In this document: positions 19,356-29,863 of the stretch, one piece after another
Layout of the letters: the number at the start of each line of letters is the position of its first letter
How positions within the stretch are numbered: the first letter of the stretch is position 1
DNA from: an uncultured Alphaproteobacteria bacterium
GTDB lineage: Bacteria > Pseudomonadota > Alphaproteobacteria > Rhizobiales > Xanthobacteraceae
DNA: 64,000 bases
Direction of reading: 5' to 3'
Assembly: GCA_963706975.1 (NCBI GenBank)
Contig: CAVPOL010000057.1
Coordinates: 76,499 to 140,498 of the forward strand
Notes under the pieces: generated by a model
The model's database searches: none
What the model saw: only the letters and a program-made list of their open reading frames with translations
What the model was told of the DNA's origin: nothing
Position numbers and translations under genes: made by a program

Positions 19356-20033
19356 ATGAACGGGTTGAGCGATCAGGGGTCTTCGGGGGCCATCACGATT
19401 CTGCTGGTCGAAGACGACGCGCCGACCTTGTGGCGGCTGCAGGATGCGCTCGCCAATGCCGGTTTTGCGGTCACGGCGGCCGCGACCCTGGCCGAGGCCC
19501 GCGCGAGCCTCGCGGCAGCCGGCCCGAAGGTGCTGCTGACCGACCTGCAATTGCCCGACGGGCACGGCATCGAGTTGATCCGCGAGACCCGGCAGCGTTT
19601 TCCCGACACCGAAATCATGGTGATCTCGATTCTCGGCGACGAGGAGAGCGTGATCTCCGCCATCACCGTCGGCGCCACCGGCTATCTGCTGAAGGATGCG
19701 TTCCCGACCGATATCGCCGCCACCGTGCACGAACTGGTCGCCGGGCATTCGCCGATCTCGGCCTCGATCGCGCGCTTCATCGTGCGCCGGACCCAGAGCC
19801 AGAGCGAGCCGCCGCCCGGGCCCGTGCTCAACACCGCAAAACTGACGCCGCGGGAGATCGACATCCTTTGGGGCATCGCCAAGGGTTTCAGCTATGCCGA
19901 GATCGCCGGCCATCTCGGGTTGTCGCGCCAGACCGTGCCAGGCCACATCAAGAACATCTATCGCAAGCTGGAAGTGCATACCCGCGGCGAGGCGGTGTTC
20001 GAAGCATTGCAGCAGGGTCTCATACGGTTGTGA
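19356..20033 (+). CDS. NarL/LuxR-family response regulator
   Basis: LLVEDD, TDLQLPD, GYLLKD, LTPREIDIL...HIKNIYRKL. Confidence 0.93.
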   Translation: MNGLSDQGSSGAITILLVEDDAPTLWRLQDALANAGFAVTAAATLAEARASLAAAGPKVLLTDLQLPDGHGIELIRETRQRFPDTEIMVISILGDEESVISAITVGATGYLLKDAFPTDIAATVHELVAGHSPISASIARFIVRRTQSQSEPPPGPVLNTAKLTPREIDILWGIAKGFSYAEIAGHLGLSRQTVPGHIKNIYRKLEVHTRGEAVFEALQQGLIRL

Positions 20034-21953
20034 CCGAGGCCGCACCGACCGCGACGTCTTCCAGCCGCCGCTGGCCGAAGCGGCCCTCGCTGTTGACGCA
20101 GTATCTGCTGCTGCAGCCGCTGATCGTCATCCTGTGCCTGTTCGTGCTGCGCGAGCCGCCGCCCGAACCCTCCCCGCGCTATCTCGTCACCGAATTCAGC
20201 CTGCGGGAAAACGGTGCCGAGCGTCCGGTGACGCTGCCGCACTTCACCGGGTCCCGTTATTCGATGCGCGATCCGCCGCTCTATGCCGGCCGGTTCGACT
20301 GGCGCAGCGGCGAGCCGCAACACGCCTGGTCGGTGTTCTTGCCGCGCTTCACCAACGGCGTCGAGGTCGCCGTCAATGGCGTCGTGATCCTGGACAGCCG
20401 GCGCTATCCCGCCGCCAACCGGCCCGATCGCAACACGCCCGAAATCGCGGTGATTCCGGCCTCGCTGCTGCGCGACGGCGCCAACGATCTTGCCATCCGG
20501 CTGTTCGTGTGGGGACCGATCACCGGCTTTCTGGATCGGCTGTATGTCGGTCCGGACGAGGCGCTGCGGCCGAGCTACCACGCGCGGACGCTGCTGTTCG
20601 TCACCTTGCCGGTGGTGTTTTCGGCGTGGCAGGCGATCCTTGCCGTCATCCTCGGCATCATGTGGGCGATGCGGCGCCATGAGCCGGCCTATGGCGTGCT
20701 GGCTGCGGCGATGGCCATCGGCGTCGCCCAGGCGTTTCTGCAGACCCCGATGGAAGATTCAGCCCATGCCAGGCTCAATGCGGTGCTGATCTCGGCGGCG
20801 CCGATCGAAAGCGGCCTGGTGCTGGCGTTCGCATTGTTGTTCTTCGGCTGGAAATGGCCGCGTTTTGGCTGGCTGATCTTCGCGCCGGGGCTGGTGGTCG
20901 CAGCCGCCGGGCTGTTCGGCGATGCGACGCTGAGCCGCGAGGCCTTTCTAGCGGTCGGCGCGCCGACGGTCGGCCTCTGTGTCGTGGCGCTGGCGCTGGT
21001 GGTCGGCCATGCGGTGTGGCGGCGGCGGGACGCCGTCAGCTTCATGCTGGGCTGCGCGCTGACCATCGTGCTGACCTGCTGGGCGCTCGATCTGCTCAGT
21101 GTGTTTCAGCTGATTCCGAACCGGCGCATTCTGCTGGCGCGGCTGTCCTATTCGGCGATGCTGGTCGCCATCGGCGCCGGCCTGACCTGGCGGTTCGCCC
21201 GCGCGCTCAACCAGGTCGACGGCTTTGCCGCCAGCCTGGTCACTCTGGTGCGCGAAGCCGAGGACAAGCTGAAGGCGAGTTTTGCCCGCGAGGAGGAACG
21301 CGCCCGCGCAGCAGCGCTGGCGCGCGAGCGCACCCGCCTGATGCGCGACCTGCATGACGGCCTCGGCGGCCAGCTCGTCAGCATCGTCGCGCTGAGCGAG
21401 CGCGAGCATGCCGGCGCCGGCATCGGCGACGCGGCGCGGGCGGCGCTGAAGGATCTGCGGCTCGTGATCGATTCGATGGACGATATCGGCGGCGATCTGA
21501 TGCTGGCGCTGGGATCGTGGCGCGAGCGCGCCGCAACGCAGCTGCGGCCGCACGACATCGCGCTGGACTGGTCGGTAAGCCCGCAGGGCCTGCCGGTGCA
21601 TCCGGAGCTGCGGCCGTGGCATGTCATCCAGATCGTGCGGCTGCTCGACGAAGCCGTGACCAACGCCGTCAAGCATTCGCGCGCGAGGCGCATCAGGGTA
21701 ATCATCGAGACGCTCGCGGGGCCGTCGGGTCTTGCGCAAGGCTGCATCACCGTCGAGGACGATGGCAAAGGTTTTTCGCCCGACGGTGTTGCGGCCGATG
21801 GCGGCCCGGGTGCGGCGCGCGGCCTGCGCAACATGCAAAGCCGCGCCGCGCGCTGTGACGCGGAACTTGCGATCGTCTCCGGCAGCCGGCGGCACAAGTG
21901 TCAGGCTGACATTGCCCCGCCGCTTTCCCGACTCCGACGCCGCTGCCGGTTGA
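20030..21953 (+). CDS. Membrane sensor histidine kinase (HisKA_3 type; 7TM-DISM-like), frameshift near 21890
   Basis: Periplasmic domain, about 7 TM, ERTRLMRDLHDGLGG, EAVTNAVKHS, EDDGKGF, GLRNM. Confidence 0.88.
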
Positions 21954-21962
21954 TCGTTGTGT

Positions 21963-22241
21963 TCAGCGCCGGCCGACGCGGTTGACCGGGCCGCCGCGAT
22001 TCATCGGCGTGCCGGCGCGGACGCCGACGCCGGGCGCGCCGACGCCGGGCGTCACCACCGCCGCGGCAGCCACCGGTCTTGCGACCACCGCTGGCCGCAC
22101 CACGCAGCCCTTCGGCACGCCGACCGTCCTGCAATACACCACCGCCGCCTCGGCGGAGCCGACGCCGAGCGAAATCGACGCTAGGGTCGAAAGCGCCGTC
22201 AAGGTCAGACCGGCGCCGGCCCATCCTGCTTTCTTCAACAT
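21963..22241 (-). CDS. Small secreted Val/Gly/Pro-rich protein
   Basis: Signal peptide ending AEA, one Cys pair, PGVGAPGVG, terminal NRGGPVNRVGRR; AGGAG RBS. Confidence 0.65.
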   Translation of the reverse strand: MLKKAGWAGAGLTLTALSTLASISLGVGSAEAAVVYCRTVGVPKGCVVRPAVVARPVAAAAVVTPGVGAPGVGVRAGTPMNRGGPVNRVGRR

Positions 22242-22530
22242 CTCGTCTCTCCTGTTCTGCACGTGCGGTCCTGCAAGGCACCGATCGGGCCCCGCCGCCG
22301 ACGTGCGACGTTTCTGGCCCAGCGCCGGCCGCCGCAACATCCCATGAAGATGGGATGCGTTGCGGCGCCGTCATTCCGCGCCCGTTCAGCGCGTCGTGCG
22401 TTGCAGGAATGCGGCATCGGGCGGATCCCGGAACGCCATGAACATGGCATGGACCGCGATCTGCTCCGTGACGATGCTCCGGCTTGCGCAAGGCGCGAAT
22501 CGAGCACATCAACCGATCGAAAGGTGATCC

Positions 22531-22758
22531 ATGAAGAAGTCAGTCTATGCCGCGCTTGTCCTGCTGCTGGCCTTTGGCGCAGCGGCGCGTGCGCAGTCGG
22601 GACCGAGCCCGCAGGAGCAGATGGCCTGCCGTTCCGATGCCGGAAAATTCTGCGCCGGACACATCGGCAAGCCGCCGCAGATGAACGCCTGCCTGCGCGA
22701 GAACAAGGCGAAGCTGTCGGATGGATGCCGCAAGGTGGTGGAATCGCGCGGCGGATGA
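22531..22758 (+). CDS. Secreted cysteine-rich-repeat protein
   Basis: Signal peptide; ACRSDAGKFC...ACLRENKAKLSDGC. Confidence 0.8.
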   Translation: MKKSVYAALVLLLAFGAAARAQSGPSPQEQMACRSDAGKFCAGHIGKPPQMNACLRENKAKLSDGCRKVVESRGG

Positions 22759-22860
22759 GGCGTCGTGCGCCGCGGCCTCTCGGTTGAACACAAAATTCTC
22801 TGGAATACTGGGTCGCCCGGTCGTAGCCGGGCGATGACAGCGGTTGTACCGAACCCGCCC

Positions 22861-23520
22861 TCAGATCATCGAGGCGACTTTTTCCAGGCCGATGATGCGG
22901 GCGAGTGCGCGCACTTCGCGCTTCTGGTCCTCGCGCAGCTGGAACAGCAGCGGCATCGCCGCCGATTTCAGCTGCTGGACTTCGTCGGCGTCGGGATCGA
23001 TCAGCGCGTTGGCCGCGCTCGGATCGGCCTTGCGGGTGGCGTGGATTTTTCGCGCGATGGCGCGAAGTGCGGTTTCCACCGCCGGCCAGTAGGATTCCTG
23101 GGCGGAGGAAAGGTTCAGCCGCTCCTTGATGCCGGCGATCTGAACGTCGCTGAGCAGCGCGTAGGATTTTTGCACCGGCGGCCTGGCGACGAGTTTCGGC
23201 TTCGGCGCCGGCGCAGCGGGGGCGGCGATCTGCGACGGTACGTCGGAAGGGACCACGGCGGCATAAGCCTGGCGCAACGACTGGCTCAAGGCGGGGTTTT
23301 GCGAGGCGAGGTCTTGCGTCGGCGCCGTCGAGGCCAGCGCATAGGTCACCACCGCGAGCTTGTCCTTCTTGCTTTCCTTGTTCGAAACCAAAGGCCTCGC
23401 GGCGGACGCGGTGGCCTGGATACCTGCGGCCGGCACGCTGTCACGGCCCAAAATGCTGGTGGCAGCCGCGCCGACGACAAGGAAGCAGGTCAGCACGATG
23501 ATGGTCATTACCCGCGTCAA
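22861..23520 (-). CDS. Hypothetical exported protein
   Basis: N-terminal hydrophobic helix; QIAGIKERLNLSSAQESYWPAVE...LREDQKREVR (LTXXQ-like). Confidence 0.7.
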   Translation of the reverse strand: MTRVMTIIVLTCFLVVGAAATSILGRDSVPAAGIQATASAARPLVSNKESKKDKLAVVTYALASTAPTQDLASQNPALSQSLRQAYAAVVPSDVPSQIAAPAAPAPKPKLVARPPVQKSYALLSDVQIAGIKERLNLSSAQESYWPAVETALRAIARKIHATRKADPSAANALIDPDADEVQQLKSAAMPLLFQLREDQKREVRALARIIGLEKVASMI

Positions 23521-23647
23521 GCAGCTCTCCGCTTCGGTGGCCTTGCCCGGTCACTTTCCCGACAAACGGGTATTAATTAAGGCCTAACCATGCCGCCGCT
23601 GCTGAAATGGTTAATTTGGGGCAAAATCGCCCCGAAAACCGCTGAAA

Positions 23648-23896
23648 TCAGGCCGCGACCGCCAGTTCGTAGGCATCCTGGATGTCGGCGACGATATCGG
23701 AAGCCTCCCACAGCGCGTCCGGCGCCACCGATTTGAGGCTGATGGTCCAGTTGCCGCCCCGCGACGTGCGCGGGGTCGAGACGATGTCGAACTCGACGCT
23801 CCGGCACAGCGGATGCCGATCGAGCGCATACGCGACCCGGGTCCTGATCTCGTCGATGGTGGCCGGGGTTTTGGCAAAAAGCGTCTCGAAATCCAT
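23648..23896 (-). CDS. Small hypothetical protein
   Basis: 82-aa ORF with AGGGG RBS and protein-like composition. Confidence 0.55.
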   Translation of the reverse strand: MDFETLFAKTPATIDEIRTRVAYALDRHPLCRSVEFDIVSTPRTSRGGNWTISLKSVAPDALWEASDIVADIQDAYELAVAA

Positions 23897-23981
23897 ATCG
23901 CATCCCCTTGAACGCCGGTTTCTGGCGCAGCCCGTCGCAACGGCGACGGACGGCCCTGGAGCAGATTCTTGAGCCAGATGG

Positions 23982-23996
23982 TTAATGGCCGGTTAA
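23982..23996 (-). promoter_or_regulatory. CtrA-type binding site
   Basis: TTAA-N7-TTAAC on the minus strand, upstream of 23648..23896. Confidence 0.55.
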
Positions 23997-24052
23997 ACCG
24001 GGTTCTATCCGTAGAAACCACGGCGCAGGCCTGCCGTGCGTACAGGGCGGGA

Positions 24053-25032
24053 CTAGCGCGGACCGGTTTCGGCGGCGCGGTATTCCGCGAGTCGTTTGCG
24101 CCACGAGTTCGTCGACCGAAAGCACGGCCGATACACCCGACGTCGAATGCCCGGCGCTCCAGATGTCGCGCCAGCGCGCCGGACGGTTTTTTCACGGGCG
24201 CCGATATCGATATCCTTGCCGATGTCGATCGCGCCGCGCGGCGGCAGGTTTTCGGGATCGAGGCCCGCGGCCGCAATCGAGGGCCGCAGCATGTTGGTCT
24301 GCAGGCCGGTGAAGGCCGTGGTCAACAGGATGTCGTCGGCGCTGCTCGCCACCAGCATTTCCTTGTATCTCGCATCCGCCATGCTCTCGGCGGTGGCGAT
24401 GAATTTGGTGCCCATGTAAGCGAGATCGCAGCCGAGCGCGCGCGCCGCCCGCAGCGCATGGCCATCGGAAATGCCGCCGGCCAGCACGATCGGTCCATCG
24501 AAGAAGGCGCGCACCGCGCGGACGAACACGAAGGGATTGAGCCAGCCGGTCTGGCCGCCCGCCCCCGCGGTCAGCAGCACGAGTCCGTCAGCGCCTGATG
24601 CCACCGCGCGCTCGGCATGACGGATGCTGGCGACGTCGGCGAAAACCAGCGCGCCCGCGTCATGCAACGGTGCCAGCACCGGTGCCGGCGATCCGACCGA
24701 GGTTATGACGATCTCGGGCCGGTGCCGCAACAGCACCGCGAGATCGGCTTCGAGCCGCGCGTTGGAACGGTGCACGATCAGGTTCGCGCACACGGGTGCC
24801 GCGGGTTTTCCCGCTCGCGTCCGAATGACGCTGCAATCGCTCCCCTATCTCGCCAAGCCAGCCATCGAGCAGTTCCGGGCTGCGGCAATTCACCGTCGGG
24901 AACGAGCCGATCACGCCATTGCGGCAGGCCGCCACCACCAGTTCGACGCCGGAGACGAGAAACATCGGGGCTGCGATCAGCGGCAGGCTGAGGCGGTCGC
25001 GGAAGCGCGCGAGCAGGACCCTGAGAATTCAA
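24053..25032 (-). CDS. Nitronate monooxygenase / FabK-like flavoprotein (frameshifted)
   Basis: LPLIAAPMFLVSG, GAGGQTG, LAGGISDG, YMGTKFIATAES across frames. Confidence 0.8.
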
Positions 25033-25145
25033 GTACGTTTCCTTCGCCTGCGGCGGATTGCCGTTCCACGCCGCGGATTCATTGTGCTAGCGTTTTTGCA
25101 ACATTGGCACGACCAAACGCCGATGACAAAGCTGCCGGAGGAAAC

Positions 25146-26708
25146 ATGTCCGATCCGCTCCATGCCTTTCCGACCGTCTGCGCGCAGACGCTGCGGGCGC
25201 TGGCGCGCTATCCCTCGAGGATCGCGTTCTCCTGGCCCGGCGGAACACTCACCTATGCCGGCACCACCGAACTGATCGGCCGCATCCAGAAGGTTTTCAT
25301 GCAGCTGGCCTTGCCGCCCGGGGCGCGCGTCGCCTTGCTGTCCGCCAATCGCGCCGACAGCTGGTGCTCCGCAGTTGCGGCGCAGCTGTCGCGGCTGTCG
25401 GTGACCTCGCTGCACCCGCTGGGGTCGCTCGACGACCAGCTGTTTCAGCTCGATGATTCCGAAACCCAAATCCTGGTGGTCGATGCCGACACATTCGGGA
25501 ATCGCGGCGGCGATCTCGCGGCGAAAGCAACGAGCCTGAAACATGTGTTCACGCTCGGTCCGGCGAACTACGGCGTCGATCTTTTGGCCGCCGTCGAGGC
25601 CGCCGGCACCGCGACGCCGCGCAGTTTTGCAGGGCCCGACGATATCGCGACGCTGAATTACACCGGCGGCACCACCGGCCGCTCCAAGGGCGCGCTGCGC
25701 ACCCATCGCGAAATCGGCGGCTTCTCCAGCGCGATCCTGGCGGATTTCGAAATCCCGGAGACGCCGAGCTATCTCGCGGTGGCGCCGATCAGCCATGTCG
25801 CCGGCTCCAAGGTGCTGCCGGCGCTGATGCGCGGCGGCACCGTGCACCTGCTGAAAGGCTTCGACCCCGAAGCGGTTTTTCGAACCATCCAGCAAGAGCG
25901 CATCAATTTCACGCTGCTGGTGCCGACTATGATCTACGTGCTGCTCGACCACCCCTCGCTCGACAGGACCGATCTCTCCTCGCTCGAGCTGTTGCTCTAC
26001 GGCGCCTCCGCGATGTCGCCGAGCCGGCTGGTCGAGGGCATCGAGCGGATCGGGCCGGTGTTTTCCCAGCTCTACGGCCAGACCGAATGCTACCCGGTCT
26101 CGGTGCTGCGCAAGGCCGATCACGATCCCAAAACGCCAGAGCTGTTCTTGTCCTGCGGCTTTCCGATCGCCGCCTGCGAGGTCAAGGTGCTCGACGATGA
26201 CGACGAGGAGGTCGCCACCGGCGAAGCCGGCGAGATCTGCGTGCGCGCGCCGCACGTGATGAAGGAATACTGGAAGCGACCGGAACAGACCGCCGAGACC
26301 CTGAAGAACGGCTGGCTGCACACCGGCGATATCGCGAGATCAGACGAGCGCGGCTACATGTTCATCCTCGACCGCAAGAAGGACATGATCGTGTCAGGCG
26401 GCTTCAATATTTTCCCGCGCGAGGTCGAGGACGTGCTGTCGCAGCATGCCGATGTCGCCATGGTCGCCGTAGTCGGCGTCCCCGACGACAAATGGGGCGA
26501 AGCGGTTACGGCCATCGTCGTCGCCCGCGCCGGCGCAAAGCCGAGCGAGCAGGAGCTGATCGCGCTGGTGAAGGCACGCAAGGGCGCGGCGCATGCGCCA
26601 AAACACATCAAGTTCGTCGACGCGCTGCCGACGACCGCCGTCGGCAAGGTCGACAAGAAGGTGCTGAAAGCGGGGTTTTGGGCGGGACGCGAGCGGATGG
26701 TGGGGTAA
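25146..26708 (+). CDS. AMP-dependent acyl-CoA synthetase
   Basis: YTGGTTGRSKG, YGQTE, GWLHTGD, DRKKDMIVSGG. Confidence 0.92.
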   Translation: MSDPLHAFPTVCAQTLRALARYPSRIAFSWPGGTLTYAGTTELIGRIQKVFMQLALPPGARVALLSANRADSWCSAVAAQLSRLSVTSLHPLGSLDDQLFQLDDSETQILVVDADTFGNRGGDLAAKATSLKHVFTLGPANYGVDLLAAVEAAGTATPRSFAGPDDIATLNYTGGTTGRSKGALRTHREIGGFSSAILADFEIPETPSYLAVAPISHVAGSKVLPALMRGGTVHLLKGFDPEAVFRTIQQERINFTLLVPTMIYVLLDHPSLDRTDLSSLELLLYGASAMSPSRLVEGIERIGPVFSQLYGQTECYPVSVLRKADHDPKTPELFLSCGFPIAACEVKVLDDDDEEVATGEAGEICVRAPHVMKEYWKRPEQTAETLKNGWLHTGDIARSDERGYMFILDRKKDMIVSGGFNIFPREVEDVLSQHADVAMVAVVGVPDDKWGEAVTAIVVARAGAKPSEQELIALVKARKGAAHAPKHIKFVDALPTTAVGKVDKKVLKAGFWAGRERMVG

Positions 26709-26791
26709 GGCTCCGCCGTCATTGCCGAGAGAGCGCGCCTCATCCGGGAAGATGATTGAGCCCGGCGCCGCCGGCCATTCGGACAGGGAGG

Positions 26792-27670
26792 TCAACTCTC
26801 GCGTGGTACAATAACTTCGATGGCCTTTGGCGCGACCCGGAACACCGCGGGCGTGTGTGTGACGATTTCTCCGTCCGCGTTGACCGGGCGAGACCGTCGG
26901 GTCCGAATCTCGAATTCGCGGCCGCGGAGCGTACGGACCTCATCCAGGGCGCCATGCTCGCCGGACCGGAACGTGTGAAGCAGCAAGAGCATTCGCCAGG
27001 CCTTGACGAATTCCAGACTGTATAGCCTGAGAATTTCATCGTCGATTTCAGCCCCCTTTTCCACGACATTTCCGCCGCCATAATAGCGGCCATTGCCGAC
27101 GGCGATCTGCAGGGTCAGGGAGCGCGAGCGCTTGCCGCCGCTGAAAATGTCCGCCCGGAACGGGCGGGCACCGGCGAGTACGCGCAGCGTGGTGAGGGCG
27201 TAACCGAACTTGCCAAAACGGCGCTTCGTCTCGGCGGTCAGTTTTTCCGCGAGTTCGGCGCTGAGACCAATGCTCGCGACATTGAAGAACATCACGTCGT
27301 TGACAATGCCGACGTCGATCGACCGGATCCGGCCGCCGCCGATGATCTCGAGCGCCGATTTCAGATCCGGCGGTATCTTGAGAGTCCGCGCCAGATCATT
27401 GGCCGTACCCAGCGGCAATATGCCAAGGGGAAGCTTGAGCTCGGCGAGGCCGGCCGCGGCTGCATTCAAGGTGCCGTCACCGCCGCCGATGATGACCATG
27501 TCCGCCTCAGCGCCCTCCCGTACAATCATTGGCGAAAGCTCTTGCCTGCTGCTGCACTCCTTGTGGATTGGATCGATCCCAAGCCGCCTTAGCCCTTCAA
27601 TGACTTCGGTTTGAGAGTCTCTTCCGCTGCGGCTGTTTCCATTTATGATCAAGAGCGCTCTTCGGGTCAT
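26792..27670 (-). CDS. YegS/DAGK-family lipid kinase
   Basis: GGGDGT, LPLGTANDLAR, GNGRYYGGG, NADGE. Confidence 0.9.
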   Translation of the reverse strand: MTRRALLIINGNSRSGRDSQTEVIEGLRRLGIDPIHKECSSRQELSPMIVREGAEADMVIIGGGDGTLNAAAAGLAELKLPLGILPLGTANDLARTLKIPPDLKSALEIIGGGRIRSIDVGIVNDVMFFNVASIGLSAELAEKLTAETKRRFGKFGYALTTLRVLAGARPFRADIFSGGKRSRSLTLQIAVGNGRYYGGGNVVEKGAEIDDEILRLYSLEFVKAWRMLLLLHTFRSGEHGALDEVRTLRGREFEIRTRRSRPVNADGEIVTHTPAVFRVAPKAIEVIVPRES

Positions 27671-27808
27671 TCTGCTTCGTCTACTTTCAATAAGTCCATG
27701 GGCCAGTTGCCCCTCCGGTTTTCGACCGCGTGCAACTGCACGTCGCCGGTTACGGGGGAAGAGAAAGCCGTGCATTGCCATCTCAGCGGAAGTTCATCGT
27801 TGGCGGCT

Positions 27809-29863
27809 TCACCCCAGCAGCTGATCCAGCCGGTCGCGCAGCTGGTCCTGGTGATAGGGTTTTGCCAGCCGCGGCAGGTCGAGCTGGACGCCTTCGGGCA
27901 ATTCGGCGTAGCCGGTAGCGAGCAGGATCGGCAGCTGCGGCCGCAGCTCGCGGGAGGCGGCGGCGAGCTCGATTCCGGTCATGCCGGGCATCACATGGTC
28001 CGTCACCATCAGGTCGATGACCTGCCCGCTCCTGATGATGTCGAGCGCGTGCAGGCCGGAGCTGACGCCGATCACGTGGTGGCCGAGGTCTTCCAGCATC
28101 TCCGTGGTCGACATCGCGATCAGGGGATCGTCGTCGACGAACAGGATCACCGCCGAGCGGTTGACCTTTTGCAGCGTCTGAACGGGAATTTCCGCTTCCG
28201 GCGCCGAGGTCGCGACCGGCAGCACGAGGGTCGCCGAGGTGCCCTTGCCCACCGTGCTCGTCAATTGCAGCGCGCCGCCGAGCTGCACGGCCAGCCCGTG
28301 CACCATCGACAGACCGAGGCCGGTGCCCTTGCCGAGCGGTTTTGAGGAGAAGAACGGTTCGATGGCCTTCTTCAGGATTTCCGGGGACATACCCGTGCCG
28401 GTGTCGATGACCGAGAGTTTCAGATAGTCGCCAGTCTGCAGCGCCGGATCGTTCCGGGCCCGATATTCGATCACCTTGAACTCGATCGTGCCGCCATCGG
28501 GCATGGCGTCGCGCGCATTGATGGCGAGGTTGAGAATCGCAAGTTCGAGCTGGTTGCCGTCGATCCGCGCCGGCGGCAAGCCCTCGGGAATATCCAGCCG
28601 CAGCACCACGCGCGGACCGAGCGAGCGTTCCAGAAGGTCGATCATGCCCTGGACCAGGTCGCGCAGGTCGACCGGCGTCGCGCGGAGATCCTGTTGCCGG
28701 GCGAAAGCCAGCAGCCGCTGGGTCAGCGAAGCCCCGCGTTCGGCACCCTGCAGCGCGCCCTCGACCAGCCGGTGCAGGCGCGGATCGTCGGGCATCCGCT
28801 TGCGCAACAGATCGAGGTTGCCCATCACGGCCATCAGGAGATTGTTGAAGTCATGCGCGACGCCGCCGGTGAGCTGGCCGATGGTTTCCATCTTCTGGGC
28901 CTGGCGCAATTGCTCCTGCGCCCTTTCGCGGGCGGCAACTTCCTTCATCAGGTCGGCGGTGCGCTGCTCGACCCGCTGTTCCAGCGTCGCCGTCAACTCG
29001 GCAAGCGCGGTGCGCTCGGACGCGAGTTGCGCCAGCAAATTTTCGCGCTCGATTTCCGCGGTCTTGCGCGCGGTAATGTCGGAGGATACGCCGACCAGCG
29101 ACTTGATGCTGCCATCGGGCCGGCGCACCGCGCGGGAGCGGACGTCGACCCAGTGCTGCGACCCGTCGGGCCAGACGATGCGGTACTCGATGCGGTAGTC
29201 GAGCCCGGTGTTGATCGAGCGGTCCAATACCTCCTGCCGCCGGGCGCGGTCGTCGGGATGAACCGATGCCAAAAGGTCCCGGTAGGAGAACGGCTCGACC
29301 GGATCGCGTCCGAAGAATCTCTTGCAGGTGTCGGAGGCTTCCAGTTCGAATTCCGGCAGATGCAATTCCAGCGCGCCGAGATGGCCGGCGCCGAGCGCGG
29401 TCTGCAGCAGGCTTTCGCTTTCGGTGAGGTCGCCGAGGATGGCGCGGGTCTGGTACTGGCGGCGTCTTGCGCGGACGGCGGAGGCGACAATGCTCACCAG
29501 CGTGGTCGGATGGAACGGCCGTTCGATGAAGGTGACGTTGCCGAGCACCTGGCCGAGCCTTGCCGCGTCCGGGTTGCGCTCGGGGCCGCCGCCCTGATGG
29601 GTCAAGAGCACGATCGGGAAATCCGACCATGTCGGCTGAGCGTGCAACCAGCGCACCAACCCGCGCAGATCGGCGGTCTTGATCGCCTCGTCGGCGATCA
29701 CGGCAACACCCGCGCCGCCCTCGACCTCGCGCAGCAGGCCTGCGAGGTCGGCGCAGACATTGGCGTGGAAGCCGGCCTCCCGGATCAGCCCCGCGGCCAC
29801 CGTGCCGTCGCGTCCCGTCGGCGCGAGAATGACCGCGCGTTCGGATGAGGCACCGGGTTTCAC
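27809..29863 (-). CDS. Hybrid histidine kinase (pseudo-receiver, PAS, HisKA/HATPase, receiver)
   Basis: GQLTGGVAHDFNNLL, NARDAM, GKGTGLGL, C-terminal VDDD...TDHVMP...KP. Confidence 0.92.
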   Translation of the reverse strand: MKPGASSERAVILAPTGRDGTVAAGLIREAGFHANVCADLAGLLREVEGGAGVAVIADEAIKTADLRGLVRWLHAQPTWSDFPIVLLTHQGGGPERNPDAARLGQVLGNVTFIERPFHPTTLVSIVASAVRARRRQYQTRAILGDLTESESLLQTALGAGHLGALELHLPEFELEASDTCKRFFGRDPVEPFSYRDLLASVHPDDRARRQEVLDRSINTGLDYRIEYRIVWPDGSQHWVDVRSRAVRRPDGSIKSLVGVSSDITARKTAEIERENLLAQLASERTALAELTATLEQRVEQRTADLMKEVAARERAQEQLRQAQKMETIGQLTGGVAHDFNNLLMAVMGNLDLLRKRMPDDPRLHRLVEGALQGAERGASLTQRLLAFARQQDLRATPVDLRDLVQGMIDLLERSLGPRVVLRLDIPEGLPPARIDGNQLELAILNLAINARDAMPDGGTIEFKVIEYRARNDPALQTGDYLKLSVIDTGTGMSPEILKKAIEPFFSSKPLGKGTGLGLSMVHGLAVQLGGALQLTSTVGKGTSATLVLPVATSAPEAEIPVQTLQKVNRSAVILFVDDDPLIAMSTTEMLEDLGHHVIGVSSGLHALDIIRSGQVIDLMVTDHVMPGMTGIELAAASRELRPQLPILLATGYAELPEGVQLDLPRLAKPYHQDQLRDRLDQLLG

